From Candidatus Sumerlaeia bacterium (GTDB taxonomy: Bacteria; Sumerlaeota; Sumerlaeia; SLMS01): a stretch of DNA of 31,103 nucleotides. The position numbers and the translations under genes are program-made. Under the pieces are notes generated by a model. That model did no database searches, had not been told where the DNA came from, and saw nothing but the letters and a program-made list of their open reading frames with translations. Location: positions 1-31,103 of the forward strand of contig JBBQYG010000032.1 in NCBI GenBank assembly GCA_038208905.1, read 5' to 3'. Shown in pieces: positions 1 through 15,190 of the stretch. Within the stretch, counting starts at the first letter, position 1. Each line of letters begins with the position of its first letter.

Positions 1-1263
1 GTCGCCTACGAATGGCAGAAGGGCTCCCATCTCGGCATCCGTGTCCGCGATGGCGGGCTCCCCGCGCGCGACGAGGCATTCCGCTGGATTGGCCAAACTG
101 CGGACGCCTTGGCGACGCTTCACCGCCAAGGGTCAAGCCACCGCATCTTAAGCCCCGCGTCTATCTTCATCAACGATTTCGGCCAGGCCAAGCTCCTCCA
201 CGCAGGGTGGGGCAGGGTCGTGCGCGCGATAGACGGCGGGCTGCTGAATCCCAACTTGATGTGCATTCTTCCCTTCGCCGCCCCCGAGGTGGCCGCCGGA
301 GAAGCGGGTGACGACGCCGCCGATGTCTTCTCGCTCGGGTCCAACCTCTACTTTCTCCTCACGGGGATGCCCGCCTTCTGGCACGAGGATCCCGCGACCC
401 TGGCCGCGTTGATCGCCAAGGGCGAGGTCGACTTCTCGCCGCTGCGTGGAGAGCTGCCGCCCGAGGCGCTTGCCGCGCTCGAGGAAATGCTGACGCGCGA
501 TCCGGCGGACCGGCAGGTGAACCTTCCCGCGCTTACGGATCGGTTGCTGGCGATCGCGGATTCGCTCCAGCCTGTGCCTGATCAGCAGGCCCCTGCTCAA
601 CCCGAAGTCCGCATCATCGAGGAGCGCATCAGCGCCGCCGCTGTCAAGAAGCCCAAGGCGGACGGCGAGGAGTCCAGCAGCAAGATATCCGCGATCGTGC
701 TGGAGCGCCAGCGCGAGGTGCAGCAGCGCCAGCGCGAAAGCAGCATGGCCGTTTCCAAGACCGTGACTGTTCTTGCGGAGGCGGCAGAGACCTCCAAGGC
801 CAAGCGCAAGCGAACGCTCATCATGGCCGCCGCCGCCGCCGTGCTTATCTTTGCCGTCGTGGTGGGCGGCGGAACCGTCGTGATGGGGTTGTTCTCGGGC
901 GATGATTCAGACACTCTCGCGCCAAAACCAAAGCCCACGCCGACTTCCACCGCGAATGGCGCCGCTCCCGTGGTGGTGGACATCCATACGAAATATGACC
1001 AAACTGCGGAGCGGCTCCGCCAGCTTGGGCAGCTCAGCAAGGGCTATCAGCGCACCAACGGGCGCTGGGCGGCAAAGGTCGAAGACCTTCAGTCCGTCGG
1101 CGCCAAGCCTTCCGAGTTTCTCGACTCTTGGGACAAGGCCATCGACCTGCGCAATGAGTTCGTCATCTCCGCCGGCGCCGATGGAAAGCTCGATACCGAC
1201 GATGACCCCTGGTATGATGCGGATGCGGGAACGCCGGGCGGATACGTTCCTCCGGCAAAGTAG
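1..1263 (+). CDS. Membrane-anchored Ser/Thr kinase-like protein (probable pseudokinase) with C-terminal GspG/pseudopilin-like domain; 5' end outside the window
   Basis: Frame 1 is open from base 1 (VAYEWQKG...ADALATLHRQGSSHRILSPASIFI...KLLHAGWG...AAPE...DVFSLG...LLTGMPAF). Hydrophobic TM segment LIMAAAAAVLIFAVVVGGGTVVMGLF. C-terminal DSWDK...ISAGADGKLDTDDD resembles the GspG C-terminal motif. Confidence 0.75.
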   Translation, partial: VAYEWQKGSHLGIRVRDGGLPARDEAFRWIGQTADALATLHRQGSSHRILSPASIFINDFGQAKLLHAGWGRVVRAIDGGLLNPNLMCILPFAAPEVAAGEAGDDAADVFSLGSNLYFLLTGMPAFWHEDPATLAALIAKGEVDFSPLRGELPPEALAALEEMLTRDPADRQVNLPALTDRLLAIADSLQPVPDQQAPAQPEVRIIEERISAAAVKKPKADGEESSSKISAIVLERQREVQQRQRESSMAVSKTVTVLAEAAETSKAKRKRTLIMAAAAAVLIFAVVVGGGTVVMGLFSGDDSDTLAPKPKPTPTSTANGAAPVVVDIHTKYDQTAERLRQLGQLSKGYQRTNGRWAAKVEDLQSVGAKPSEFLDSWDKAIDLRNEFVISAGADGKLDTDDDPWYDADAGTPGGYVPPAK

Positions 1264-1307
1264 GGAATACCCGAATCCCCGTCCAAACGGGCACCCTGGA
1301 GGCACGA

Positions 1308-1745
1308 ATGGGCTCTCACGCGGTTACCGTTCTCCAGATCGACAAGGGCAGCACCACGCTTCAGATCCACGGCGCCCGGGCGTGGTGGTCGCTGCTGGAA
1401 CTGGAATCACGCGCCATCCATGCGTGGCTGATTCCGGGATCGTTTCGTAACTCGATCCCCCCAGCGGAGGGCGAAATCCTGGAGACCGAACCGCTCCTTG
1501 TAGATCCGTCTGGATTTCAGATCGTCAAGGAACCGCGCGAGGCGCTCGAACCTCTGGGGCCGAAGGGCGCCTTCCGCATCAGCGGGCGCGTCGCCTTTTG
1601 CAGCCCCTCCGGTGGGGCGATTGTATCCGCTTTGGGCCTGCGATTCGATTTGTCTGAATCGGTCCTCCATAAAGTGGAGCCCTCCATCGCCGACCCCGTC
1701 AGCTTTTGCGTCCGCCTTCTTTGCTTTCGCGAAGTGGAGCCATAG
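1308..1745 (+). CDS. Hypothetical protein, 145 aa
   Basis: GGAGG RBS just before the ATG; fills the gap between neighbouring genes; no recognised motif. Confidence 0.55.
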   Translation: MGSHAVTVLQIDKGSTTLQIHGARAWWSLLELESRAIHAWLIPGSFRNSIPPAEGEILETEPLLVDPSGFQIVKEPREALEPLGPKGAFRISGRVAFCSPSGGAIVSALGLRFDLSESVLHKVEPSIADPVSFCVRLLCFREVEP

Positions 1746-1760
1746 CAACGCCGACGCGCA

Positions 1761-2525
1761 TCAGTCCATCAACGACTTGGATCTCTCCAGAAGTGGCTCG
1801 GCGTCGGTGATGACCATGCGATACTTCGCCTCTTGCAAGAGGGGGAGGAGCAGGTTCTTCCCGTCCCGAACCGCCTCCCACTCCGTGGCATTCTTCTCGC
1901 GGAATCCGTTGTAGCGGGCCGTCTCCAAGTTCTTCTCGATCTCTGCAATCAACGCCGTGGCGCGGGCCTTCAGTGCGGTCGCGGACCCTTCGGCCGCCTT
2001 CGCCGCAATGGCGTCATAGCGTTCCTTGCTGGCCCTGTAGTTCCCGTCGGTGTTCGCCGCCTGCATCGCTGCCTCCAACTCCGCGCGTAGCGCCACCAGC
2101 GTTTCGTCGCCTTCGCCCGCCTCCGCGGCCACCGCCGCGATGCCGTCCTGCGCGCGGACCAAGGCCTGCTCCGCCGCCGTGCGCAGGGGCTCCAGCACGC
2201 GGTTTGCCTCGTCGATCACGAACTGGCTCTGGCGGGCCAGCGCGTCGGGCTGCTCCGTGGGCTTCATCGCCGCCGCCGAATCATAGGCCGCCACCAAACT
2301 TTCCCACGCGGTCGGGTCCACCACGCTGATCTCGTTGGCCTGGCACATCGCCATCGCCTGGCCCGCCTGTGCGAAAAGGGATTCCGCCTCGGCGATGCGT
2401 CGCTCGCGGCCGAAGTCCTGCACGGGCGCGGGAGGCGCCTGCAGAATCGCAGGCGGGGGCGACGAACATCCGCCGATCACGCAGGCGGCGGCGATGACGG
2501 CGGCAATCGAGAGGGGACGAAGCAC
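1761..2525 (-). CDS. Hypothetical alpha-helical lipoprotein
   Basis: GAGGAG RBS before GTG at 2525; signal peptide with lipobox-like IGGC followed by SSPPP; Ala/Glu-rich helical body. Confidence 0.7.
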   Translation of the reverse strand: MLRPLSIAAVIAAACVIGGCSSPPPAILQAPPAPVQDFGRERRIAEAESLFAQAGQAMAMCQANEISVVDPTAWESLVAAYDSAAAMKPTEQPDALARQSQFVIDEANRVLEPLRTAAEQALVRAQDGIAAVAAEAGEGDETLVALRAELEAAMQAANTDGNYRASKERYDAIAAKAAEGSATALKARATALIAEIEKNLETARYNGFREKNATEWEAVRDGKNLLLPLLQEAKYRMVITDAEPLLERSKSLMD

Positions 2526-2811
2526 GGGGGCTACTCCTCGGTCGGGATGCGCATTCTCAATTCGCGGTAGCGGTGTGACGCGAGGGGAATTGAAACGCAA
2601 ACCCGCTCCCGTTGTTCCGAGCCCGAAAAGTGATGCCACGACAAGACCCTCACACACCTCATGCGGATTGGTCAGGGACGCCAATCTCCCAATTCGCGCG
2701 AATCCCAGTGCCCCCTCGCCTGAAACGTGGTTCTCCTTTTATTCGCCTTGCCTGCCATGCTGCTTCAACCATCAATGGCGGGCGCAACTCCGACCGGAAG
2801 GCATCGCACCC

Positions 2812-5163
<2,352 letters not shown>

Positions 5164-5168
5164 CCCAA

Positions 5169-5759
5169 CTACCTCGCCGCCGCGCTCGCCGCCTCTGCGC
5201 CAGAGACCAGCAGGCAATAGCCCGCCACCGTTTCTGCCCGATCCACCAGCGGACCATCGATGCGGCCATAATACTGGCCCACCGCCGTCTGCATCACCAT
5301 GCCCAGGATCAACTGCGTAAGAAGCGGCTCGTCCCCCTTGGGAATCTCGCCGCGCTTCATCGCCTCGCGGACGATGCGGCTCAGGAGTTCCACGGGATTT
5401 TTCTCGTCGGCGCGCACCTCCTCCAGCAATTTGTGCCGCACCAGCATGACGAACCGGAAGATGTAAGGGTCTTGATCGTAGAACTCGAAGAACGCCCGCA
5501 CCAGATCCGGGATCAGCACTTGGAATCGGCCATCGGACTTCCACAGGTGCGAGATCATCTTGGCAAACCCCGCATGGTTCTCGAAGAACAGCGCACGCAC
5601 CAGGTCGTCCTTCCCCTTGTGATGGCGATAGAGCGCGCCCTCCGTAACGCCCGCGCGCTCTGCGATGTCGCGGATGCTGGTCCCGTCGACGCCCTTCTCA
5701 ACGAAAAGTTCCAGGGCAGATCGCTCGATCGCCGATTTCTTCAGCGGTGGTCTTCCCAT
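5169..5759 (-). CDS. TetR/AcrR family transcriptional regulator
   Basis: MGRPPLKKSAIERSALELFVEKGVDGTSIRDIAERAGVTEGALYRHHKGKDDL is a typical TetR HTH; starts 4 nt after the thiD stop. Confidence 0.92.
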   Translation of the reverse strand: MGRPPLKKSAIERSALELFVEKGVDGTSIRDIAERAGVTEGALYRHHKGKDDLVRALFFENHAGFAKMISHLWKSDGRFQVLIPDLVRAFFEFYDQDPYIFRFVMLVRHKLLEEVRADEKNPVELLSRIVREAMKRGEIPKGDEPLLTQLILGMVMQTAVGQYYGRIDGPLVDRAETVAGYCLLVSGAEAASAAAR

Positions 5760-5763
5760 GTTC

Positions 5764-6591
5764 TCAGGCCTCTCGCTTTGCGGATTGATCTTCCATCTGC
5801 CACAGGTGGTCCACCGGACCAATTCCCGATCCCAGCGCATAGGCCGCCGCAATGGCGCCTTGCAGGTAATTCTTGGCGCGTTCGACTGCCTGGGGGAGCG
5901 CCAGCCCCTTCCCCAAATTCGCCGCGATCGCCGCGGAGAGAGTGCAACCAGTCCCGTGAGTGTGACGTGCGTCCAGGCGGGGCGCGCTGAATTCGTGCAT
6001 CGCCTCTCCATCCCACAGGACATCCGTGGACAAATCCGACTCCGCCAGATGCCCGCCCTTCACCAGCACCGCCTCGCAGCCCAGCTTCCCCAATTCCCGC
6101 GCCGCATCGCGCATCTGATCAACGGTGCTGGGGCGGGCACCGATCAACTCCTCCACCTCTTCCAGGTTGGGGGTGATGACCCGAGCCAGCGGGACAAGGG
6201 CGCGACGCATCGCCTCCACCGCATCGGCGGCCAGCAAGCGGTGACCGCTTTTGGACACCATCACGGGATCGACGACCAGATTGAGCACGCAATGCTCGCG
6301 GATTTTCTCCGCCACCACGGCAATAATCGCCGCGCTGCCGAGCATCCCTGTCTTCGCCGCGTCGCAGCCGATGTCAGAAAGCACGGCATCCAGTTGCGCT
6401 GCGACAAATTGAGGCGGCGTCTCGTGGACGCCGGTGACCCCGAGCGTGTTCTGGGCGGTCAGTGCCACGATGGCGCTCATCCCATAGCACCGATGGGCCT
6501 GAAACGTCTTCAAGTCAGCCTGAATGCCCGCGCCACCCCCAGAATCGGAGCCGGCAATGGTAAGGATTCTGGGGGGGCGAAACTGGTTCAT
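5764..6591 (-). CDS. thiD: Hydroxymethylpyrimidine/phosphomethylpyrimidine kinase
   Basis: LTIAGSDSGGGAGIQADLKTF, LTAQNT, KTGML, VVDPVMVSKSG, ITPNLEE, HTHGTGCTLSAAIAA. Confidence 0.95.
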   Translation of the reverse strand: MNQFRPPRILTIAGSDSGGGAGIQADLKTFQAHRCYGMSAIVALTAQNTLGVTGVHETPPQFVAAQLDAVLSDIGCDAAKTGMLGSAAIIAVVAEKIREHCVLNLVVDPVMVSKSGHRLLAADAVEAMRRALVPLARVITPNLEEVEELIGARPSTVDQMRDAARELGKLGCEAVLVKGGHLAESDLSTDVLWDGEAMHEFSAPRLDARHTHGTGCTLSAAIAANLGKGLALPQAVERAKNYLQGAIAAAYALGSGIGPVDHLWQMEDQSAKREA

Positions 6592-6667
6592 GGCGCGTGT
6601 CGAGATAATATCGGAGACGAGTCGCCCGAAAAGCTAACGATTTGTGTGCCAATGTTTACGCCCCGCG

Positions 6668-7099
6668 CTAGTGTGATCTGCGGGGGAGCTCCGCCAGAAA
6701 CTGGAGCGGGGTCACGATCGCGATCCCTTGGTGCCTCCCGAGCGCCAGCAGATGCTGGTCCCCAGACACGATCCCATCCACCCGCCCTGCGACCGCCGTG
6801 GCCAGGACCACGTCGTCATCCGGGTCGTTGGGGACGACGCGAGGGATGACCTCAAGGGAGACAATCAGGGCATAGGAGCGGATTCTGAGGACCACGGATT
6901 GAGCATTCTCCACTACTTGGAGCGGACGCTTCAGAAACTTTCTCCGCAGTAGGACCTCCTCCATTTCCTGTATCAGCATCTCGGAAGTGCAGAGGTTGTA
7001 TTGCTCGGCGCGCCACGCCCCCAACACGCGCCCGGGGCCGCCCTCAGGCGTGATCAACGCGCTGACGACGATGTTCGTGTCGAGCACAACGAGCATCAC
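6668..7099 (-). CDS. PIN-domain (VapC-like) toxin
   Basis: VVLDTNIVVSAL, DPDDDVVLATAVAG and IVSGDQHLL acidic PIN motifs; GTGA start/stop overlap with the upstream antitoxin. Confidence 0.9.
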   Translation of the reverse strand: MMLVVLDTNIVVSALITPEGGPGRVLGAWRAEQYNLCTSEMLIQEMEEVLLRRKFLKRPLQVVENAQSVVLRIRSYALIVSLEVIPRVVPNDPDDDVVLATAVAGRVDGIVSGDQHLLALGRHQGIAIVTPLQFLAELPRRSH

Positions 7100-7401
7100 G
7101 AGGCGTCCCTCAACTTCGCGGCGGCGGCGCGCTTTTCCGCCCGGACTTCTGCGATGGCCTCTGCGACTTCGGCCTCGACCTCTTCCGGCGGGATGCCTTC
7201 GAACTCCTTTCGGAATTCATCGACTGCCTTCCAGAAATCGCGACGCGCCTGCTCGTGCTTTTCGAGCATGTAGAGCGGAACCAGCGCCGCCACCGGTTTT
7301 CCCCGCTGATTGACGATGTAGCTCTCCCCCGTCAGCCGCACCCGGTTGACTAGCTCCCCCACTTGGGTTTTCAGTTCCGTGGTTGTGATGGACTTGCTCA
7401 T
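7096..7401 (-). CDS. Phd/YefM family antitoxin
   Basis: MSKSITTTELKTQVGELVNRV...YIVNQRGKPVAALVP; AAGGAG RBS; directly upstream of the PIN toxin. Confidence 0.9.
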   Translation of the reverse strand: MSKSITTTELKTQVGELVNRVRLTGESYIVNQRGKPVAALVPLYMLEKHEQARRDFWKAVDEFRKEFEGIPPEEVEAEVAEAIAEVRAEKRAAAAKLRDAS

Positions 7402-7419
7402 TTGATCGTTTCACTCCTT

Positions 7420-7454
7420 TTGACCTATCGTACCATATGGCCGATTCCGGTCAA
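7420..7454 (-). promoter_or_regulatory. Sigma70-type promoter and probable autorepression operator of the Phd/PIN operon
   Basis: Minus strand TTGACC-16 nt-TACGAT with TG extension; embedded in an inverted repeat TTGACC..ATCG..CCATATGG..CGAT..GGTCAA. Confidence 0.6.
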
Positions 7455-7500
7455 GGGTAGCCCGGCGTCACTCTGCCCTTGCGCGGGCGGACCGATGGCC

Positions 7501-7520
7501 ATATCATCGCATTGTGATGT
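7501..7520. promoter_or_regulatory. 20-bp imperfect palindrome upstream of metH, candidate SahR-like (ArsR family) operator
   Basis: ATATCA-TCGCATTG-TGATGT, ending 33 nt before the metH ATG; AT-rich island in GC-rich DNA. Confidence 0.4.
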
Positions 7521-7553
7521 CTCAATATCGCGTCCCCGCGAAAGGTCTTTCCC

Positions 7554-11279
<3,726 letters not shown>

Positions 11280-11465
11280 TGCCAGCGGCGATTTTCCGCG
11301 AACTCCCCTAGACCTCACTATCGCGACCTAGGACCAATGGCGCGCTGGTCGGATGTCTTATCCTTGGCTCCGCCAGCCCATCTCGGTCAGGGGTCGCGTA
11401 GAGTGGGTCTCGCCAATCTCTGTTCGCTCGCCATGCGGGGAACGGATCTCAGCCCCTAGCCACCC

Positions 11466-12872
11466 ATGCAATTCGATACCTTCGAGTTCGCGGTATTCTT
11501 TGCGCTGGTGTATCTGGCCTACCGCTGCTTTCCCCTGCGCGGGCAGAACGTCCTGTTGCTGGGTGCCAGCTACTTCTTCTACGGATTTTGGGACTGGCGA
11601 TTTCTCTCGCTCCTTCTGATCTCCACTTTCGTGGACTACTTTGCCGCCCACGCCATCGAGAGAGCGGCCCCGGGGAGTCGGCTCCGGCGCGTGGGGCTTG
11701 GCGTGTCGGTGGCCGCAAACCTCGGGATGCTGGGCTTCTTCAAGTACTTCGATTTTTTCGTGGAGAGCTTCCATGGGATGCTGCTGGAGTTTGGGATCGA
11801 GGCAAGCCTGCCGCTGCTTCAGGTCACGCTGCCGGTCGGCATCTCCTTCTATACGTTCCAGACACTCAGCTATACGATTGATGTCTATCGGGGGAACTTG
11901 CGGGCGACACGCGATCCGCTGGCATTCGCGCTCTTCGTATCGTTCTTCCCGCAACTCGTGGCGGGTCCGATCGAACGCGCGGCGAACCTCCTCCCGCAAA
12001 TCGAGAATCCGCGCCGCATCACCTGGGAGGGCACCCAGCAGGGCGCATGGCTGATCTTCTGGGGAGTCTATAAGAAGGTCTTCATCGCCGACAACCTCGC
12101 GCGTTTCGTGGACGCCGCCTACAATTCCCCCTCGGATGTGTCCGGTCCCCAGTTGCTGCTGGCAACCTATGCATTCGCATTTCAGATATACGCGGACTTC
12201 TCCAGCTACACCGACATTGCCCGGGGAGTTTCCCGCATCATGGGCTTCGAGCTGATGGAGAACTTCCGCCTGCCCTACTTTGCGGCGAGCCCAGGCGAGT
12301 TCTGGCAGCGTTGGCACATCAGTCTCTCGCAGTGGCTCCGCGACTATCTGTATATACCGCTCGGGGGAAGTCGGGGGAGCGGATGGTTCACCACGCGGAA
12401 CCTGATGATCACGATGCTCCTGGGCGGGCTATGGCATGGGGCCCGCTGGAACTTCGTCCTGTGGGGCCTCTTTCATGGGCTGCTCCTCGTGGCTTACCGC
12501 TACATCCGCATCCCGGCCCTCCAGGCATTGCCGGAACGATGGAAGCGGCCGCTGGCGATTCTGGTCATGTTCCATTGGACGGTGCTTGGCTGGTTCCTGT
12601 TCAGGGTGGACAGCGCCTCCCAGATCGTGGATTTCTTCCACGGATTCTTCTCGGGGTGGCTCAACGGCGCCTCGTGGTCCGCGGGCGGCAGCCTGCTCGC
12701 CTATGTCGTGCTGCTCCTCGCTGTTCAGATACTCCAGTGGCGCCGCAACGACATGCTCGCGCCGCTTTCGCTTCCGGTCGCAGTGCGGGTGGCGCTCTAC
12801 CTGATCCTGTATTTCTCCATCACGTTTGGGGGTGCGTTCGGTGACAAGCCGTTCATCTACTTCCAATTCTAG
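11466..12872 (+). CDS. MBOAT family O-acyltransferase (AlgI/DltB-like)
   Basis: LPVGISFYTFQ, FFPQLVAGPIERA, QIYADFSSY, FWQRWHISLS, GLWHGA, terminal FIYFQF. Confidence 0.93.
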   Translation: MQFDTFEFAVFFALVYLAYRCFPLRGQNVLLLGASYFFYGFWDWRFLSLLLISTFVDYFAAHAIERAAPGSRLRRVGLGVSVAANLGMLGFFKYFDFFVESFHGMLLEFGIEASLPLLQVTLPVGISFYTFQTLSYTIDVYRGNLRATRDPLAFALFVSFFPQLVAGPIERAANLLPQIENPRRITWEGTQQGAWLIFWGVYKKVFIADNLARFVDAAYNSPSDVSGPQLLLATYAFAFQIYADFSSYTDIARGVSRIMGFELMENFRLPYFAASPGEFWQRWHISLSQWLRDYLYIPLGGSRGSGWFTTRNLMITMLLGGLWHGARWNFVLWGLFHGLLLVAYRYIRIPALQALPERWKRPLAILVMFHWTVLGWFLFRVDSASQIVDFFHGFFSGWLNGASWSAGGSLLAYVVLLLAVQILQWRRNDMLAPLSLPVAVRVALYLILYFSITFGGAFGDKPFIYFQF

Positions 12873-13932
12873 CCGGTGGCCCCTGGCGGCGATCGTCGCA
12901 TTCTGCCTGATTGCGCTTGCTGAGGTGGCAATCCATCGGCACAGGGCGTCACTGCTCGACGACGTCTTTCCGATCATGGTGGACAGGACCGCGCGGCTGC
13001 AGGATCCAGGCGAAAATCCCGACGTCGTCTTCTTCGGCGACAGCACCTATTTCTGTCTTCGCCCGTCTCTTGTCTCCGATTCGCTGGGCGCCGATGTGTC
13101 GGCCGTGAACCAGGCCTGGCCCGCGATGGGCATGGATGCGTGGGAGCTGATGCTCGAAAGCTATGTGTGGGGTAAGGGAAGGCCCCCGCGCCTGATCGTG
13201 GCCAGCTTCACCACCGACGCGATCACCCTCCCCGCGGAATCGAACGAATCCGGCCGTCACGAGATTCTCCGCAGCCGGGCCTTTGCCAGCTTCGCCGCGA
13301 TTCCCACGCTTCGGACCATCCTGGCGGCGGGGCGATACGGTTACGCATGGCTGTACTTTCGCGATCTCGCCATGCCGCCCAGCATGACTTATCGGGCCGG
13401 CATCAAGCGGGGCGCCGAATCGATCCTGCGCGAAGGCGTCTGGCCGTCCCCCAGCGAGAATCAGGCGCGATGGTATTCGGAGTACGCAAGCTCGGGCTCC
13501 TGGGTGCTCTTCGAGAAGCGTGAGTTTTCGCCCGCCGCGATGGAGGAGGCGCTTCTGGCCTTCCCCCGCCGCCCCGTGGATGACCCCGCGATCATTGCCT
13601 ACTACTTCCGGTTTCTTGACCGTGCCAAGGAACTCGGCATTCCTGTCTTCATTGTGACGACTCCACTTCCGGAGGTTGTCATGGACTACTATCAGGAACA
13701 CGGAATCCTCGCCGCCTATCAGGCGCGCGTAGAACAGATACTCGCCCGATATCCCAATGTCGCTTTCTCTTCGGCGCTTCCTCCCCGATATCCCAACGAA
13801 CTCTTCAGCGATTCCTCGCATCTCAATCGTGCCGGCACCGATCGCTACGAATCGGATTTCCGAGATATACTGGGGCGGCTTGCCCGGGAGACTGGCTGGA
13901 GTCGAGAGCAGCCGACAGTCCCTCGGCCTTGA
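12841..13932 (+). CDS. Membrane-anchored SGNH-like protein, probable extracytoplasmic partner of the MBOAT
   Basis: N-terminal TM; FFGDST (GDS) and DSSHLN (DxxH) motifs; start overlaps the MBOAT 3' end (GTG 12841; exact start uncertain). Confidence 0.75.
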   Translation: MTSRSSTSNSSRWPLAAIVAFCLIALAEVAIHRHRASLLDDVFPIMVDRTARLQDPGENPDVVFFGDSTYFCLRPSLVSDSLGADVSAVNQAWPAMGMDAWELMLESYVWGKGRPPRLIVASFTTDAITLPAESNESGRHEILRSRAFASFAAIPTLRTILAAGRYGYAWLYFRDLAMPPSMTYRAGIKRGAESILREGVWPSPSENQARWYSEYASSGSWVLFEKREFSPAAMEEALLAFPRRPVDDPAIIAYYFRFLDRAKELGIPVFIVTTPLPEVVMDYYQEHGILAAYQARVEQILARYPNVAFSSALPPRYPNELFSDSSHLNRAGTDRYESDFRDILGRLARETGWSREQPTVPRP

Positions 13933-13988
13933 CCCGTCGTCCCAACCGGCGCCGCCTCGCGTAGAAGCCGTTTTTCCAAGGGGCGCGA

Positions 13989-14939
13989 ATGAGACCAACC
14001 GAAGCAAGCCAGGCGAGGGAGCATGCGGGGCAAACCCGCTCGCGCTCCGTCGTGCGCGTCCTGTGGATTACGCTGGCGCTGAACTGGGGTGTGGCGGGGA
14101 TCAAGATCGTTGTGGGGATGCTGGCGGGGAATCTGACGGTTGTGGCGGATGGATTCCATAGCATCCTCGACGGCACCAACAACCTGCTCGGCATCATCGC
14201 CATGGCATTCTCGGCCCGCCCGCCGGACCGCGAGCATCCCTACGGGCACCGCAAGTTCGAGCACGTGGCCGCCATGATCATAGGCGGACTCGTGGTTTTG
14301 CTCTGCTACGAGACCCTTCGCGGCGCCGCGATCGCGATGTGGAGGCGCGGAGGTGCGGACGGACTCGTCGCAGCTTCCTTCCCGCCCTGGTTCTTTGGCC
14401 TCTTATTTATTGGGATCGGCGTAAACCTGTTCGTGGCACGGTACGAGCGGCGCGAGGGCGAGCGACTCAACAGCAGCCTGCTGAAGGCCGACGCGAAACA
14501 TACCCTGTCCGACATCGCGGTGACGGCGGTGGGACTCGTCTCTCTGGCGACGAGCCATCTGGCGTGGTGGATCGATCCGCTGCTGGCGGCGGGCGTGGGG
14601 CTGTTCCTGCTCAATGCCGCTTATTCGATCCTGCGCGACAACGTGGCAACGATGACTGACCGCAGCCGCCTCGATCCCGACGCGATCCGTCGCGTGGCGG
14701 AGTCCGTGGATGGCGTCATGGACGCCCATGCAATCCGCAGCCACGGCATGGAGAACGACATCCACGTGGACCTGCATGTGATGGTTCCGGGGAACATGTC
14801 GGCGCGCGAAGTGTCCAATCTGGAGGAGGCCGTCCGCAGTCATCTGATGCAGACGTTCCCTCAAGTGAGCATGGTGGGAGTGCAGCACGAGACGGAAGAG
14901 GAAGCCGCGCCGAAGGACGACCCCGTCTGGAAAACCTAA
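13989..14939 (+). CDS. Cation diffusion facilitator (FieF-like) transporter
   Basis: ADGFHSILD, PPDREHPYGHRKFE, ADAKHTLSD, C-terminal dimerisation domain (HAIRSHG...HVDLHV). Confidence 0.92.
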   Translation: MRPTEASQAREHAGQTRSRSVVRVLWITLALNWGVAGIKIVVGMLAGNLTVVADGFHSILDGTNNLLGIIAMAFSARPPDREHPYGHRKFEHVAAMIIGGLVVLLCYETLRGAAIAMWRRGGADGLVAASFPPWFFGLLFIGIGVNLFVARYERREGERLNSSLLKADAKHTLSDIAVTAVGLVSLATSHLAWWIDPLLAAGVGLFLLNAAYSILRDNVATMTDRSRLDPDAIRRVAESVDGVMDAHAIRSHGMENDIHVDLHVMVPGNMSAREVSNLEEAVRSHLMQTFPQVSMVGVQHETEEEAAPKDDPVWKT

Positions 14940-14941
14940 AA

Positions 14942-14980
14942 AGTAGTAAGCCCGCCTATTGGAAGGGCGGGCTCACTGCT
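14942..14980. terminator. Hairpin, probable terminator after the CDF gene
   Basis: AGTAGTAAGCCCGCC-loop-GGGCGGGCTCACTGCT immediately after the CDF stop. Confidence 0.6.
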
Positions 14981-15190
14981 GCTCAGTCCGGTGGGTCAAC
15001 AATCGCAATCAGATAGAGACTCCAATCTGGATTTGGGGCGGGCAAGGCCAATTTCCGCTCCAAGCGGCGAATCTTGCCGCGCGAAATTAGTTCCGGGAAT
15101 TCCTGATCGGGTTCTAGGGGTTTCGCCCGGGCAAACATCCAACTCCTCGCGACGCAGGCATCAGGAGCGCCTGTGCGCTCCTCTAAGCAC

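Noticed and set aside
2526-2811. Possible ncRNA (e.g. 6S RNA) in the divergent intergenic region; short repeat CAATTCGCG twice and a GATTGG/CCAATC hairpin
   Set aside because: No long end-to-end stem or recognisable conserved motif; adequately explained as divergent promoter DNA.
2335-2811. Long N-terminal extension of the helicase in the ORF track
   Set aside because: Overlaps the opposite-strand lipoprotein gene and is not helicase-like; better RBS/GTG at 2812.
7402-7553. Cobalamin or SAM riboswitch upstream of metH
   Set aside because: Region is short, partly occupied by the TA promoter, and lacks B12-box or SAM-I core motifs.
11280-11465. Partial complementarity in the metH-MBOAT spacer (CGCGACC / GGTCGCG)
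   Set aside because: Short matches expected by chance at this GC content; no recognised RNA family.
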